From Candidatus Omnitrophota bacterium (lineage in GTDB: Bacteria; Omnitrophota; Gorgyraeia; Zapsychrales; JANLHA01), in the NCBI GenBank assembly GCA_023143685.1, contig JAGLHE010000119.1, positions 1 through 37,819 of the forward strand: 37,819 bases of DNA, read 5' to 3'. This document shows positions 17,674 to 25,437 of this stretch, one piece after another. A model generated the notes under the pieces. It was not told where the DNA came from. It did no database searches and saw only the letters and a list, made by a program, of their open reading frames with translations. Position 1 is the first letter of the stretch. Every line of letters starts with the position of its first letter. A program made the translations under genes and the position numbers.

Positions 17674-17976
17674 TTATAACAACACTCCCTGCTTATACGC
17701 ACAATTTTTATCTCCTGCCCAGGATTTATGCAAAATTTCCCGGACCGGCACACACCGAAACTTTTGCCCCCCACGCGAATGGTGTCTTCCGAACCGATTA
17801 GCATAATCCCGGCACTTATATTCTCCTTCACCCGCATACTCCAAATAATCACAAGGGTCACCTTCAACAGCTCCACAGCACGCGCCACAACGCTTACAAG
17901 CAGCTTCCCATTTTTCTTCCTGCTCTTTTTGAAATTTTTTATATCTTCGATATTCTTTACCTGGTGATGGCGACAT
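17674..17976 (-). CDS. YkgJ/UPF0153-type cysteine-cluster (putative Zn/Fe-chelating) protein
   Basis: CKRCGACCG ... C-x-motif ... KCRDY ... RCVP ... NCAY. ATG at 17976 is preceded by AAGGAG; the track extension to 18036 is rejected. Confidence 0.6.
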   Translation of the reverse strand: MSPSPGKEYRRYKKFQKEQEEKWEAACKRCGACCGAVEGDPCDYLEYAGEGEYKCRDYANRFGRHHSRGGQKFRCVPVREILHKSWAGDKNCAYKQGVLL

Positions 17977-18083
17977 AATACTCCTTATTCTTCCCGACAA
18001 ACCAGACGGGAAAGATCTTCTTGCAACATCTTTCATCCCCTTGTCTTACGCCAAACGCTAACAGACAACCCATAAGGATTGCC

Positions 18084-18113
18084 TTGTTTATTAGAAATGC
18101 AAGCTCTTATAAT
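18084..18113 (+). promoter_or_regulatory. Candidate plus-strand sigma-70 promoter (TTGTTT-18-TATAAT)
   Basis: TTGTTT at 18084-18089, TATAAT at 18108-18113. It is the only good plus-strand promoter-like site noticed. No plus-strand CDS lies downstream. Confidence 0.3.
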
Positions 18114-18281
18114 ATAAATCTTTATCATAATTTTAATAAAATAAAATACTTGGCCAATTTTGTCAAAGAATTTTTCTTGTGGCAAAAAAACTGTCATCCC
18201 GAAACGCAGCGAGGAGTCTTTTAATTAATTATGCTGACTGTGGTTAGATAAAATGCCGGGGATATTCATTGAAGCCAAGGC

Positions 18282-18313
18282 AATTGCACCGCGGGCGGTG
18301 CAATTCGATTTTT
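18282..18313 (+). terminator. Strong hairpin (11-nt arms AATTGCACCGC/GCGGTGCAATT) with a T-run only on the plus strand
   Basis: Arms at 18282-18292 and 18295-18305, followed by CGATTTTT (T5 at 18309-18313). It lies about 30 nt downstream of the ankyrin gene stop on the minus strand, but there the hairpin has no following U-tract. Confidence 0.55.
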
Positions 18314-18335
18314 CATGGAAATTATGGATTGAAAT

Positions 18336-18857
18336 CTAATTAAGTATCGCGTCCCCATAATCCTTCTTAATTCGACTACCAGGCCCGACCACACCAATCT
18401 CAAGGCTACCTCGCTTAGCATTGTATTCTTTCAACAGATTCACGGTTGCCGTACGTCCCATTATTTCAGCCATATTAAGAGAAGTATGACCGTTGCCCGC
18501 GCGGATATTTGGATCAGCCCCGTACTCAAGCAGTATTTGAACAATCTCAGAACCATTAGCTACCACGGCATGGTGCAATGCAGTGATCCCTCCACCTTGC
18601 TGTGCATTGACATCAGCACCATTATCGAGCAAAAATTTAATACTCTCAGCATGATATTGATTCGCAGCATAGTGGAGAGGTGTACTACCAAGCTCATCGC
18701 GAGCGTTTATGTTTACGCCACTTGCTACAAGACGTTTCACAGTCGCCAGATCTCCTTCATGGGCCGCACGGTGCAGATCGACCTTCGAATCACTGCATCC
18801 CACAATCAAGAAAATCCCAAGCAAAAATAATAAGGCATATTGTCGAGTAGAACTCAT
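18336..18857 (-). CDS. Ankyrin-repeat lipoprotein
   Basis: Lipobox LIVGC after a signal peptide. About four ANK repeats: GSTPLHYAA, GITALHHAV, GHTSLNMAE, LL..GADVN / GADPN. Confidence 0.85.
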   Translation of the reverse strand: MSSTRQYALLFLLGIFLIVGCSDSKVDLHRAAHEGDLATVKRLVASGVNINARDELGSTPLHYAANQYHAESIKFLLDNGADVNAQQGGGITALHHAVVANGSEIVQILLEYGADPNIRAGNGHTSLNMAEIMGRTATVNLLKEYNAKRGSLEIGVVGPGSRIKKDYGDAILN

Positions 18858-18945
18858 AATTTTTACTCCTTATTCAATAAAATTTCATCACCATGAGAAC
18901 CCTCACAGAACCGTATGTGAGGTAAATTGCCTTATTAAGCTAAAC

Positions 18946-19371
18946 TTATGAAACGCTGCGCACAGCGTCTAGAGCAGGACGCGAGCAATAAACAGTATTG
19001 CCAGTTACGTTGCCACTATAATCGATCATGCCGGCATCCATTAGCGGTTGCGCCCGTAGATCTTCATTTTCAAAAAACATCGGTGTGTCGGCAACTTGTT
19101 GGTACTCCCGGCTTCGTGAAAGAGATTCACGAATTCCCTGCAGAAGCAACTCATCCATAGACTGAATAGCAATACAGCAACCTCGTTCTTTACCGTTGGT
19201 ATCGCACTCATATAGAAGTGCTCCACCCCATTCTTCCAGGTTGCTTATATCAACCACCGTCCACAACACCTTCCAGGCCCCTATAAGATAGTTCCCTGAA
19301 TCATCATGTTGGTCAATTTTGTCGATATCGAACAAAATACCTAATGTTGGCATATCTGGGCTTACCGTCAT
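18946..19371 (-). CDS. Hypothetical acidic cytoplasmic protein (141 aa), no family recognised
   Basis: ATG preceded by AAGGAG. No signal peptide or TM. Locally GC-richer than its neighbours (a spot count of 19081-19140 gives 32/60 G+C). Confidence 0.6.
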   Translation of the reverse strand: MTVSPDMPTLGILFDIDKIDQHDDSGNYLIGAWKVLWTVVDISNLEEWGGALLYECDTNGKERGCCIAIQSMDELLLQGIRESLSRSREYQQVADTPMFFENEDLRAQPLMDAGMIDYSGNVTGNTVYCSRPALDAVRSVS

Positions 19372-19414
19372 ATTGATTTCTCCTTTGGCCCACGGTTTTT
19401 ATCTCTTCAAACTG

Positions 19415-19951
19415 TTACGACACTTCATATCCGTTTTTTTGATCATTATTATCTTCATTTCTCCATACGGCCAAAACATTATAAAAAGAATCTAAACTTT
19501 TAGGGCTCTGATAGTCTTTGCTGAATAAAAAGCCTGAAGAAGCGTCTACTTTTTCAAGAAAAGTAAAGGTCGCAACTTTTGTTTTTTTCTTGCGTGGATG
19601 GATGTACTCAATACTAATCGCTGGTTGTTTGCTAAATTTGCCCGACTTCTCAAGATTTATATTTAGGATATTATATGACTCCAGAACTAAAGCGCATTTT
19701 TTCTCATTAAACGTAGTATAAAGAAGACGATTGTTGTTCGTTAGAATAAGTTTTCCCTCATATGCAGAATTTCCAATAACAAGTCCTTGAAAAGCAAAAT
19801 CCCTCGTGTAGAAAAAAGCTTCAGCAATTTTTTCCTCTGTGTCTTGGAAAAACTTCCCTGAAGGTTTCTCAATTGCTTTTTTCTGAGAACGATATATTAA
19901 GAAAAAGATTAGAATTGCAAAGAGTAATGCCAGAGTATTAATTGAATTCAT
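19415..19951 (-). CDS. Membrane-anchored protein with a PH/GRAM-like (YokE-like) domain
   Basis: N-terminal TM LALLFAILIFFLIY. EGKLILTNNNRLLYTTF is a typical bacterial PH/GRAM strand motif. ATG preceded by GAGGTGA. Very AT-rich (a spot count of 19441-19500 gives 16/60 G+C). Confidence 0.6.
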   Translation of the reverse strand: MNSINTLALLFAILIFFLIYRSQKKAIEKPSGKFFQDTEEKIAEAFFYTRDFAFQGLVIGNSAYEGKLILTNNNRLLYTTFNEKKCALVLESYNILNINLEKSGKFSKQPAISIEYIHPRKKKTKVATFTFLEKVDASSGFLFSKDYQSPKSLDSFYNVLAVWRNEDNNDQKNGYEVS

Positions 19952-20040
19952 GAATCACCTCATACTTTAAAATTTTCTTCTAAAGAGTCTAACGCCCAAG
20001 CTAAGCGGTGGCGCTTTTTGCCATCCGCTTGAGCGATTTG

Positions 20041-20343
20041 TTATCCATTCTTATTAAGTTCGTCAAAGTCGATAAGTTGTTTATAGTTTCTCACTGTTAA
20101 GATATGTATAGCACCTTTGCTAATTTCATATATTACGCGGTAATTGCCTAATACGATTTCTCGAATATTTTCGTTATTGATTTCTGGTGTAATGCGTCCG
20201 CTTTGAGGATATTTCTTAAGCCGTTTTACAGAAGAAAACAACAAATTAAGCCATTTTTTTGCTTCAGATACATTATCAACGGCAATATAATCTGAAATCT
20301 TTGCTGCGCGTTTTAATGCCGTTGGTGACCAGACAATTTTCAT
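20041..20343 (-). CDS. parE: Type II toxin, ParE/RelE superfamily
   Basis: 100 aa. W.P.A...I..YI, YPQSGR, NIREIVLGNYRVIYEI....IHILTVRNYKQ pattern. ATGA 4-nt overlap with the upstream antitoxin. Confidence 0.85.
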   Translation of the reverse strand: MKIVWSPTALKRAAKISDYIAVDNVSEAKKWLNLLFSSVKRLKKYPQSGRITPEINNENIREIVLGNYRVIYEISKGAIHILTVRNYKQLIDFDELNKNG

Positions 20344-20621
20344 GTGTCCAATCTATCCATTAATATTTTTTGCGCACTATCATGAGAAATGCCCTTCTCA
20401 TTTTTTATTTCTTTTCGAGCCGTTCTTATGTCTTCTACGAGATCTATTTGCTCCAATAAGTTCTCATATTCCGATACATCAAGAATAATAGCCGATGTCT
20501 TACCGTGTTGAGTAATGACCAAGGGCCTCTTATTTTTTCTTAATTGTTTAATAAAACTTGTCGCATGCGCTCTAAACTCTGACAAGGAATGAATATCTTT
20601 GACCAAATTTATTCTATACAT
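20340..20621 (-). CDS. Type II antitoxin, Phd/YefM family
   Basis: SLSEFRAHATSFIKQLRKNKRPLVITQHGKTSAIILDVSEYENLLE. ATG at 20621 is preceded by AAGGAGG (the track start at 20627 is TTG). Confidence 0.85.
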   Translation of the reverse strand: MYRINLVKDIHSLSEFRAHATSFIKQLRKNKRPLVITQHGKTSAIILDVSEYENLLEQIDLVEDIRTARKEIKNEKGISHDSAQKILMDRLDT

Positions 20622-20774
20622 TTTCAACCTCCTTTATTTTGTCCTAATTATAGTACATTAAACAATACCATATTTAGGTCAAAATATCAATATGATCTTC
20701 TAATCTTCGAAATTTAATTTTAAATTAGTATGGATAAAACGCCAAAGTCAGGCACGGCCGACAAACTTGCCGCG

Positions 20775-21611
20775 TCAGCGCTGACGCTTTTCCAGCGCTG
20801 CAAGATAATCGCGAATCACATCCTTATGATCAAACGCATACTCTAAATTTAAAAGCTCCTCATACGGCACGATCTTCAAACCCTTGGCATCATCGCCAAA
20901 CTGCGGCGTGCCTTTGCCTTTAGCGATAAAAACAGTGCTCACTGTATGAAAACGCGGGTCGCGACTGGGGTCAGAATAGGTATGAAACTGTCGCAAATCC
21001 TCTAGCTCCAAATTTGTCTCTTCTTTAGCTTCCCGGCGGACAGAGTCTTCCAAACTCTCCCCGCAATCCACAAACCCGCCCGGCAACGCCCAGCCATATG
21101 GCGGATTGGAACGCTCAATCACAACAATCCCCTCAGGTAATTCAATAATCGCATCCACGGTTGTATACGGCCCGTTTCCCAAATCATCCTGAATATGCGT
21201 CACATATCCAGTCACGGTTTGATTAAATATCTGATACAACTCTTCCTCAAAAAGGCACAACACAATTCTTTTAATGCTGCTTTCCTGAAACTTCGCGAAC
21301 TTTAAAATTTCCTGTGCCATGATCTTCGCAGACGCTACCGCAGGAAAACCGCTAACCCCGTACCCCAACGCGGGAAAAGCAACTGACTCATATTTCAAAT
21401 CGCTCGCTTGCAATAGAGCATCGGCACAAGCCTTGCGAATCTGATGCTCATCTGTTTTTCCTTCTTTATCAACAATACCAACATAAACAATATGCTTCGC
21501 TTGTTGTGAATTTTCTTCGCTCTGTGTATTATCTGCTTTTACGATGGCATCAACAGCGAGCTCAACAATATCCCCCTGAACAATCTCTAAGTCTACATTC
21601 TTAATCTTCAT
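20775..21611 (-). CDS. Macro-like domain fused to a Nudix hydrolase
   Basis: N-half LEIVQGDIVELAVDAIVKADN ... ESVAFPALGYGVSGFP (Macro signatures). C-half has the Nudix box GGFVDCGESLEDSVRREAKEETNL. The preferred start is ATG 21611, 6 nt after GGAAGGAAG; ATG 21638 is also possible. Confidence 0.8.
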   Translation of the reverse strand: MKIKNVDLEIVQGDIVELAVDAIVKADNTQSEENSQQAKHIVYVGIVDKEGKTDEHQIRKACADALLQASDLKYESVAFPALGYGVSGFPAVASAKIMAQEILKFAKFQESSIKRIVLCLFEEELYQIFNQTVTGYVTHIQDDLGNGPYTTVDAIIELPEGIVVIERSNPPYGWALPGGFVDCGESLEDSVRREAKEETNLELEDLRQFHTYSDPSRDPRFHTVSTVFIAKGKGTPQFGDDAKGLKIVPYEELLNLEYAFDHKDVIRDYLAALEKRQR

Positions 21612-21637
21612 ACACATCTTCCTTCCATCTGTGCTCA

Positions 21638-23080
21638 TCAGCGCTTTTTATCTGCGCTCATCAGTATTTTTCTCGCGTAGCTCAGCGCTTCCTTCTTTGT
21701 CTTAATCTTACCCACCACCTGCGCTTCTTCAACCGCGTTTAAAATTTTCGAAAATAACGGAGACGGTTTCAACTTTAACGTCTTAATCAAATCATCGCCA
21801 TTAATCAACCGCACAAACGGCTTCTCTTTTTTCTTTTTAAAATATCGTTTAACCAAATCCAGACAAATTTTCTCATGATGCGCCTGATCCTGATCTGTTG
21901 TGAGCGGCCCGCACGTGGCCCGTTGATCTGCCAACGATAAAAAGGCAATACTGACCGTTTCTTCCTTAGTATCGCGCATATACCGAAAGATCGCCTTTTC
22001 ACTCGGCCGTTTAAAATTCGACAAATACCCCGGACGCAAATGCCACAACACCATATCCTGTAACGCCACGCGCTCTTTCGTTGAAAGCTTTAATAAGTTG
22101 GCGACATGTTTTGTAATCCCCCGGCCAACACGTTCATGCGCGTGAAACGTTAATCGCCCAGGCTCTTTTTTACGCGTTTCAGGTTTACCGATATCATGCA
22201 CCACCGCGGCTAATTTCAATAAGGCCAAACGTGACCGCTCGCCCGCGATCGGCTCCTGAAAATAAGTCATAACATCACGATCTCCGGCATGTTCTTTAAT
22301 AAGTTTCTCAACTTGCACAACGGTTTCCAGAGAATGCGGCCACACATCCAAATGATGATATGTCCCTTGCTTAACACCATACATCACCGCGATCTGCGGG
22401 ATGATCTTCACTAACAGGCCCATCCTGTCCATAGCCTTTAAATTCTCAGCCGCTCGAGGAGACTCTAAAACTTTAAACAACTCTTCCCGAATCCGTTCAT
22501 ACGAAACATCCCGAATCAAATCTTTATCTTTCTGCATCTGCGTTAATGTCTTCTGCTCAATCTTAAACCCTAAACCTGCACGCAAACTAAACGCCCTCAA
22601 CAAACGCAGCGGATCCTCTTTAAACGCTTTAACCGAAACCATCCTGATACGTTTTGCGCTTAAATCCGGCTTTCCTTTCCGAAAATCACAAATAACGTCC
22701 TCAACTTTATCCTTCACCGACACATCATTAATGCAAGCAGAAAACGTATTGATCGTAAAGTCCCTATGCGCCAAATCTTTTTTTAAGGTCGGCGCGCGAA
22801 AGTCCGCAAAATCAAAAGTATAAATTTTACCGCCCTGCTTACGGGCGACACGCGCGCAGCCATGTTCCTGGTCTAAAAGAATAAACGCGCCTTTAATTTT
22901 ATTCGCAAACATCCGCGCAAACCCGATCGCATCTTTTTCAACAGCAAAATCAAAATCCCGGCAATCTTTCCCTAAAAGAAAATCACGCAAAAACCCGCCG
23001 ACAAGATACACTTCTTTCTTGCGCCGTTTGGCCATATCACGAACAATTTGTATTTGAGGATAATCTGTAAGGAATAACAT
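21638..23080 (-). CDS. cca: CCA-adding enzyme / poly(A) polymerase family nucleotidyltransferase with HD domain
   Basis: YLVGGFLRDFLLGKDCRDFDFAV, RDFTIN, EDPLRLLRA, HD region VVHDIGKP...FHAHERVG. Confidence 0.9.
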   Translation of the reverse strand: MLFLTDYPQIQIVRDMAKRRKKEVYLVGGFLRDFLLGKDCRDFDFAVEKDAIGFARMFANKIKGAFILLDQEHGCARVARKQGGKIYTFDFADFRAPTLKKDLAHRDFTINTFSACINDVSVKDKVEDVICDFRKGKPDLSAKRIRMVSVKAFKEDPLRLLRAFSLRAGLGFKIEQKTLTQMQKDKDLIRDVSYERIREELFKVLESPRAAENLKAMDRMGLLVKIIPQIAVMYGVKQGTYHHLDVWPHSLETVVQVEKLIKEHAGDRDVMTYFQEPIAGERSRLALLKLAAVVHDIGKPETRKKEPGRLTFHAHERVGRGITKHVANLLKLSTKERVALQDMVLWHLRPGYLSNFKRPSEKAIFRYMRDTKEETVSIAFLSLADQRATCGPLTTDQDQAHHEKICLDLVKRYFKKKKEKPFVRLINGDDLIKTLKLKPSPLFSKILNAVEEAQVVGKIKTKKEALSYARKILMSADKKR

Positions 23081-23098
23081 GTTAGAAAGGGTTGAAAA

Positions 23099-23160
23099 GG
23101 GTTAATGGTTAATAACGAATGGTGAATAGCTATTAGCCATTAACTATGAACCATCAACCC
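23099..23160. repeat. 62-nt imperfect palindrome built from GGTTAAT/GGTGAAT-type heptamers
   Basis: Arms at 23099-23129 and 23130-23160 are complementary at 24 of 31 positions around a central AGCT. Heptamer phasing: GTTAATG GTTAATA ACGAATG GTGAATA | GCTATTA GCCATTA ACTATGA ACCATCA. Confidence 0.85.
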
Positions 23161-23162
23161 AC

Positions 23163-23573
23163 TCACTCCTCAACCTTAAAAATCGAGGTTTTGTTAAGCA
23201 CTTCTTCTTCAACAAAAATAGGGGCTTGTGCCCGGACAGCCAGGGCTATCCCGTCCGAAGGCCGTGAATCAATCTTTTTAATCTGGCCATCAGATGTTTT
23301 TAAAACAACTTTGGCATGAAAGGTGCTGGATTGAAGATTGTCAATAACAAGGCTTTCCATTTGCGCGTCCAACCCTTCAATAACAGACAACAACAAATCA
23401 TGTGTCATCGGGCGCGGAACTTCAACACCAGAAAGCTTCATCTTAATTGTCGAGACCTCCACAAACCCGATCACAATCGGGAATTGTCGCTCCCCGTCTT
23501 TTTCTTTTAAAACAATAACCTGATCTTGCCGCTTTTCATCAATAATAATCTTGACCAACTCAACCTGGACCAT
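23163..23573 (-). CDS. Bifunctional nuclease family protein (DUF151/BFN)
   Basis: VIVLKEKDGERQFPIVIG, RPMTHDLL, DSRPSDGIALAVRAQAPIFVEEEV. Confidence 0.8.
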   Translation of the reverse strand: MVQVELVKIIIDEKRQDQVIVLKEKDGERQFPIVIGFVEVSTIKMKLSGVEVPRPMTHDLLLSVIEGLDAQMESLVIDNLQSSTFHAKVVLKTSDGQIKKIDSRPSDGIALAVRAQAPIFVEEEVLNKTSIFKVEE

Positions 23574-23608
23574 ACTTCTCCATTCTCTTATAACACTTAT
23601 AACAAAAA

Positions 23609-24085
23609 TTACTTGCGCCGCGTCGGCTCTTTATCGCGCTCAAGGATTACTTTTAATTCTTTCATAAAGTGGTTTACATCCCGAAACTGGCGATACACAC
23701 TCGCAAACCGCACATACGCCACTTCATCTAATGACGACAACTTTTCCATAATAATCTCGCCTATATCTTCTGAGTTGACTTCACGATCATATTTCTTTTG
23801 CAAAGTCCGCTCAACTTCACTAGCCACTTCTTCGATCTTGGCAATACTGATCGGACGCTTCTCACAAGCCTTTACAAGCCCGGAAATAATCTTTGTTCGA
23901 TCAAATGCCTGACGCCGCCCATCTTTTTTAATAATCATCAACGGGACTTTTTCAACATACTCGTAGGTTGTAAATCGATGTTCACATTTCAGGCATTCTC
24001 GACGACGACGGATCGAATTCCCCTCGCCGCTAACACGCGAATCAACCACTTTTGTTTCTCTATAATCGCAAGATGGACATTTCAT
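23609..24085 (-). CDS. nrdR: Transcriptional repressor NrdR
   Basis: MKCPSCDYRETKVVDSR...RRRRECLKCEHRFTTYE zinc ribbon plus ATP-cone. ATG at 24085. Confidence 0.95.
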   Translation of the reverse strand: MKCPSCDYRETKVVDSRVSGEGNSIRRRRECLKCEHRFTTYEYVEKVPLMIIKKDGRRQAFDRTKIISGLVKACEKRPISIAKIEEVASEVERTLQKKYDREVNSEDIGEIIMEKLSSLDEVAYVRFASVYRQFRDVNHFMKELKVILERDKEPTRRK

Positions 24086-24122
24086 GATTTTCCTTAAAGT
24101 AGGGACAAGAAATTTTTTACCC

Positions 24123-25370
24123 CTACACATCTAACGCGTTATAAATTGGAAATTCTTTTGTTAACTGTAACACCCCGGCACGAACTTTTTCTAATGCCTG
24201 GTTATCACCTTTGTGTGTAATCGCGTCATCAATAAGCCGGCCCACTTGTTTCATATGCTCTTCTTTCATTCCGCGTGTTGTCAGCGCGGGCGTCCCGATA
24301 CGAATGCCGCTTGTCACCATTGGGCTTTCCGTATCAAAAGGAATCAAATTCTTATTCACTGTAATATGAACATCATCAAGAATCGCAGACGCTTCTTTTC
24401 CGGTCACACCTTTAGGCCGCAAATCTACCATAAAAAGATGATTGTCTGACCCGCCCGCGACAATTCGAAAACCAGATTCTTCTAACGTTTTGGCAAGAGT
24501 TGCGGCATTCTTAACAATTTGCGATTGGTACTGTTTAAATTCATCTGTAAGTGCTTCTTTAAACGCGACCGCCTTGGCCGCGATAACATGCATCAACGGC
24601 CCCCCCTGAATACCAGGAAAAACATTCACATCAATCTTCTTTGCAAACTTTTCACGACAAAGGATCATCCCTCCCCGGGGTCCGCGCAGCGTTTTATGCG
24701 TTGTTGTTGTAACAAATTCAGCATACGGCACCGGATTTGGATGCAATCCAGCCGCCACAAGTCCTGCGATATGCGCCATATCCACAAAAAGATACGCGCC
24801 GACCGAATCACAAATCTCACGAAATTTTTTAAAATCAATTATTCGAGAATACGCGGAAGCGCCAGCTAAAATCATTTTAGGATTGTGTTCTTTTGCAAGA
24901 GCCGCGATCTCGTCATAATCTAACATCTCAGTTTCTTTGCTGACCTTATATGTCACAATATTATATGTCTTACCGGAAAAATTCATTTTATGGCCATGCG
25001 TCAAATGCCCTCCACATGCTAAATCCATCGCCAAAACGGTTTCACCCGGTTTTACCGCAACATTATAAACAGCATTATTGGCCTGCGACCCTGAGTGCGG
25101 CTGGACATTCGCGTGCTCTGCACCGAACAACTCTTTCGCGCGATCAATCGCTAACTGCTCTGCCACATCCACATGCTCACACCCGCCGTACCATCGCTTC
25201 GCTGGATACCCTTCCGCATATTTATTCGTCATCACACAACCCTGGGCTTCCAAAACCGCTTGTGTAACAATATTCTCCGACGCGATTAACTCTAAATTGT
25301 TCCGTTGCCGTTCCAATTCATCAACAATGGCTTTATAAATTTCCGGATCTGTTTGTTTTAAATGATTCAT
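24123..25370 (-). CDS. glyA: Serine hydroxymethyltransferase
   Basis: [33 protein letters not shown] (PLP lysine motif). 415 aa. Confidence 0.97.
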   Translation of the reverse strand: MNHLKQTDPEIYKAIVDELERQRNNLELIASENIVTQAVLEAQGCVMTNKYAEGYPAKRWYGGCEHVDVAEQLAIDRAKELFGAEHANVQPHSGSQANNAVYNVAVKPGETVLAMDLACGGHLTHGHKMNFSGKTYNIVTYKVSKETEMLDYDEIAALAKEHNPKMILAGASAYSRIIDFKKFREICDSVGAYLFVDMAHIAGLVAAGLHPNPVPYAEFVTTTTHKTLRGPRGGMILCREKFAKKIDVNVFPGIQGGPLMHVIAAKAVAFKEALTDEFKQYQSQIVKNAATLAKTLEESGFRIVAGGSDNHLFMVDLRPKGVTGKEASAILDDVHITVNKNLIPFDTESPMVTSGIRIGTPALTTRGMKEEHMKQVGRLIDDAITHKGDNQALEKVRAGVLQLTKEFPIYNALDV

Positions 25371-25385
25371 GGGTTATTCCTTTGT

Positions 25386-25436
25386 AACACTGATGAACAC
25401 TGATATAGCTTCGCGATTCGCAGATGAGCACAGATA
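25386..25436. repeat. Intercistronic short direct repeats (AACACTGATR x2; CWGATGARCACWGATA x2)
   Basis: AACACTGATG at 25386-25395 and AACACTGATA at 25396-25405. CTGATGAACACTGATA (25390-25405) versus CAGATGAGCACAGATA (25421-25436) matches at 13/16. Confidence 0.8.
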
Positions 25437-25437
25437 G

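Noticed and set aside
17655-17888. 77-aa minus-strand ORF.
   Set aside because: It is an out-of-frame overlap with the Cys-cluster (YkgJ-type) gene, which has the motif support and the AAGGAG-preceded start.
18021-18224. 67-aa plus-strand ORF in the ankyrin/YkgJ gap.
   Set aside because: No RBS. It begins upstream of the only plausible plus-strand promoter, has a low-complexity Asn/Ile-rich translation, and its start overlaps the rejected 5' extension of the YkgJ-type ORF (track ORF to 18036; called start 17976).
18247-20743. GATAAAATGCC (18247-18257) and GATAAAACGCC (20733-20743) as possible att-like direct repeats flanking the accessory islet.
   Set aside because: They match at only 10 of 11 nt, no integrase or tRNA is nearby, and the match is easily explained by chance in AT-rich sequence.
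21627-21664. CUGAUGAG strings reminiscent of the hammerhead ribozyme core.
   Set aside because: No CGAAA/GAAAC element follows the putative helix II, there is no compatible helix I/III, and there is no cleavage-site triplet. The strings are copies of the dispersed GATGAGCACAGAT repeat.
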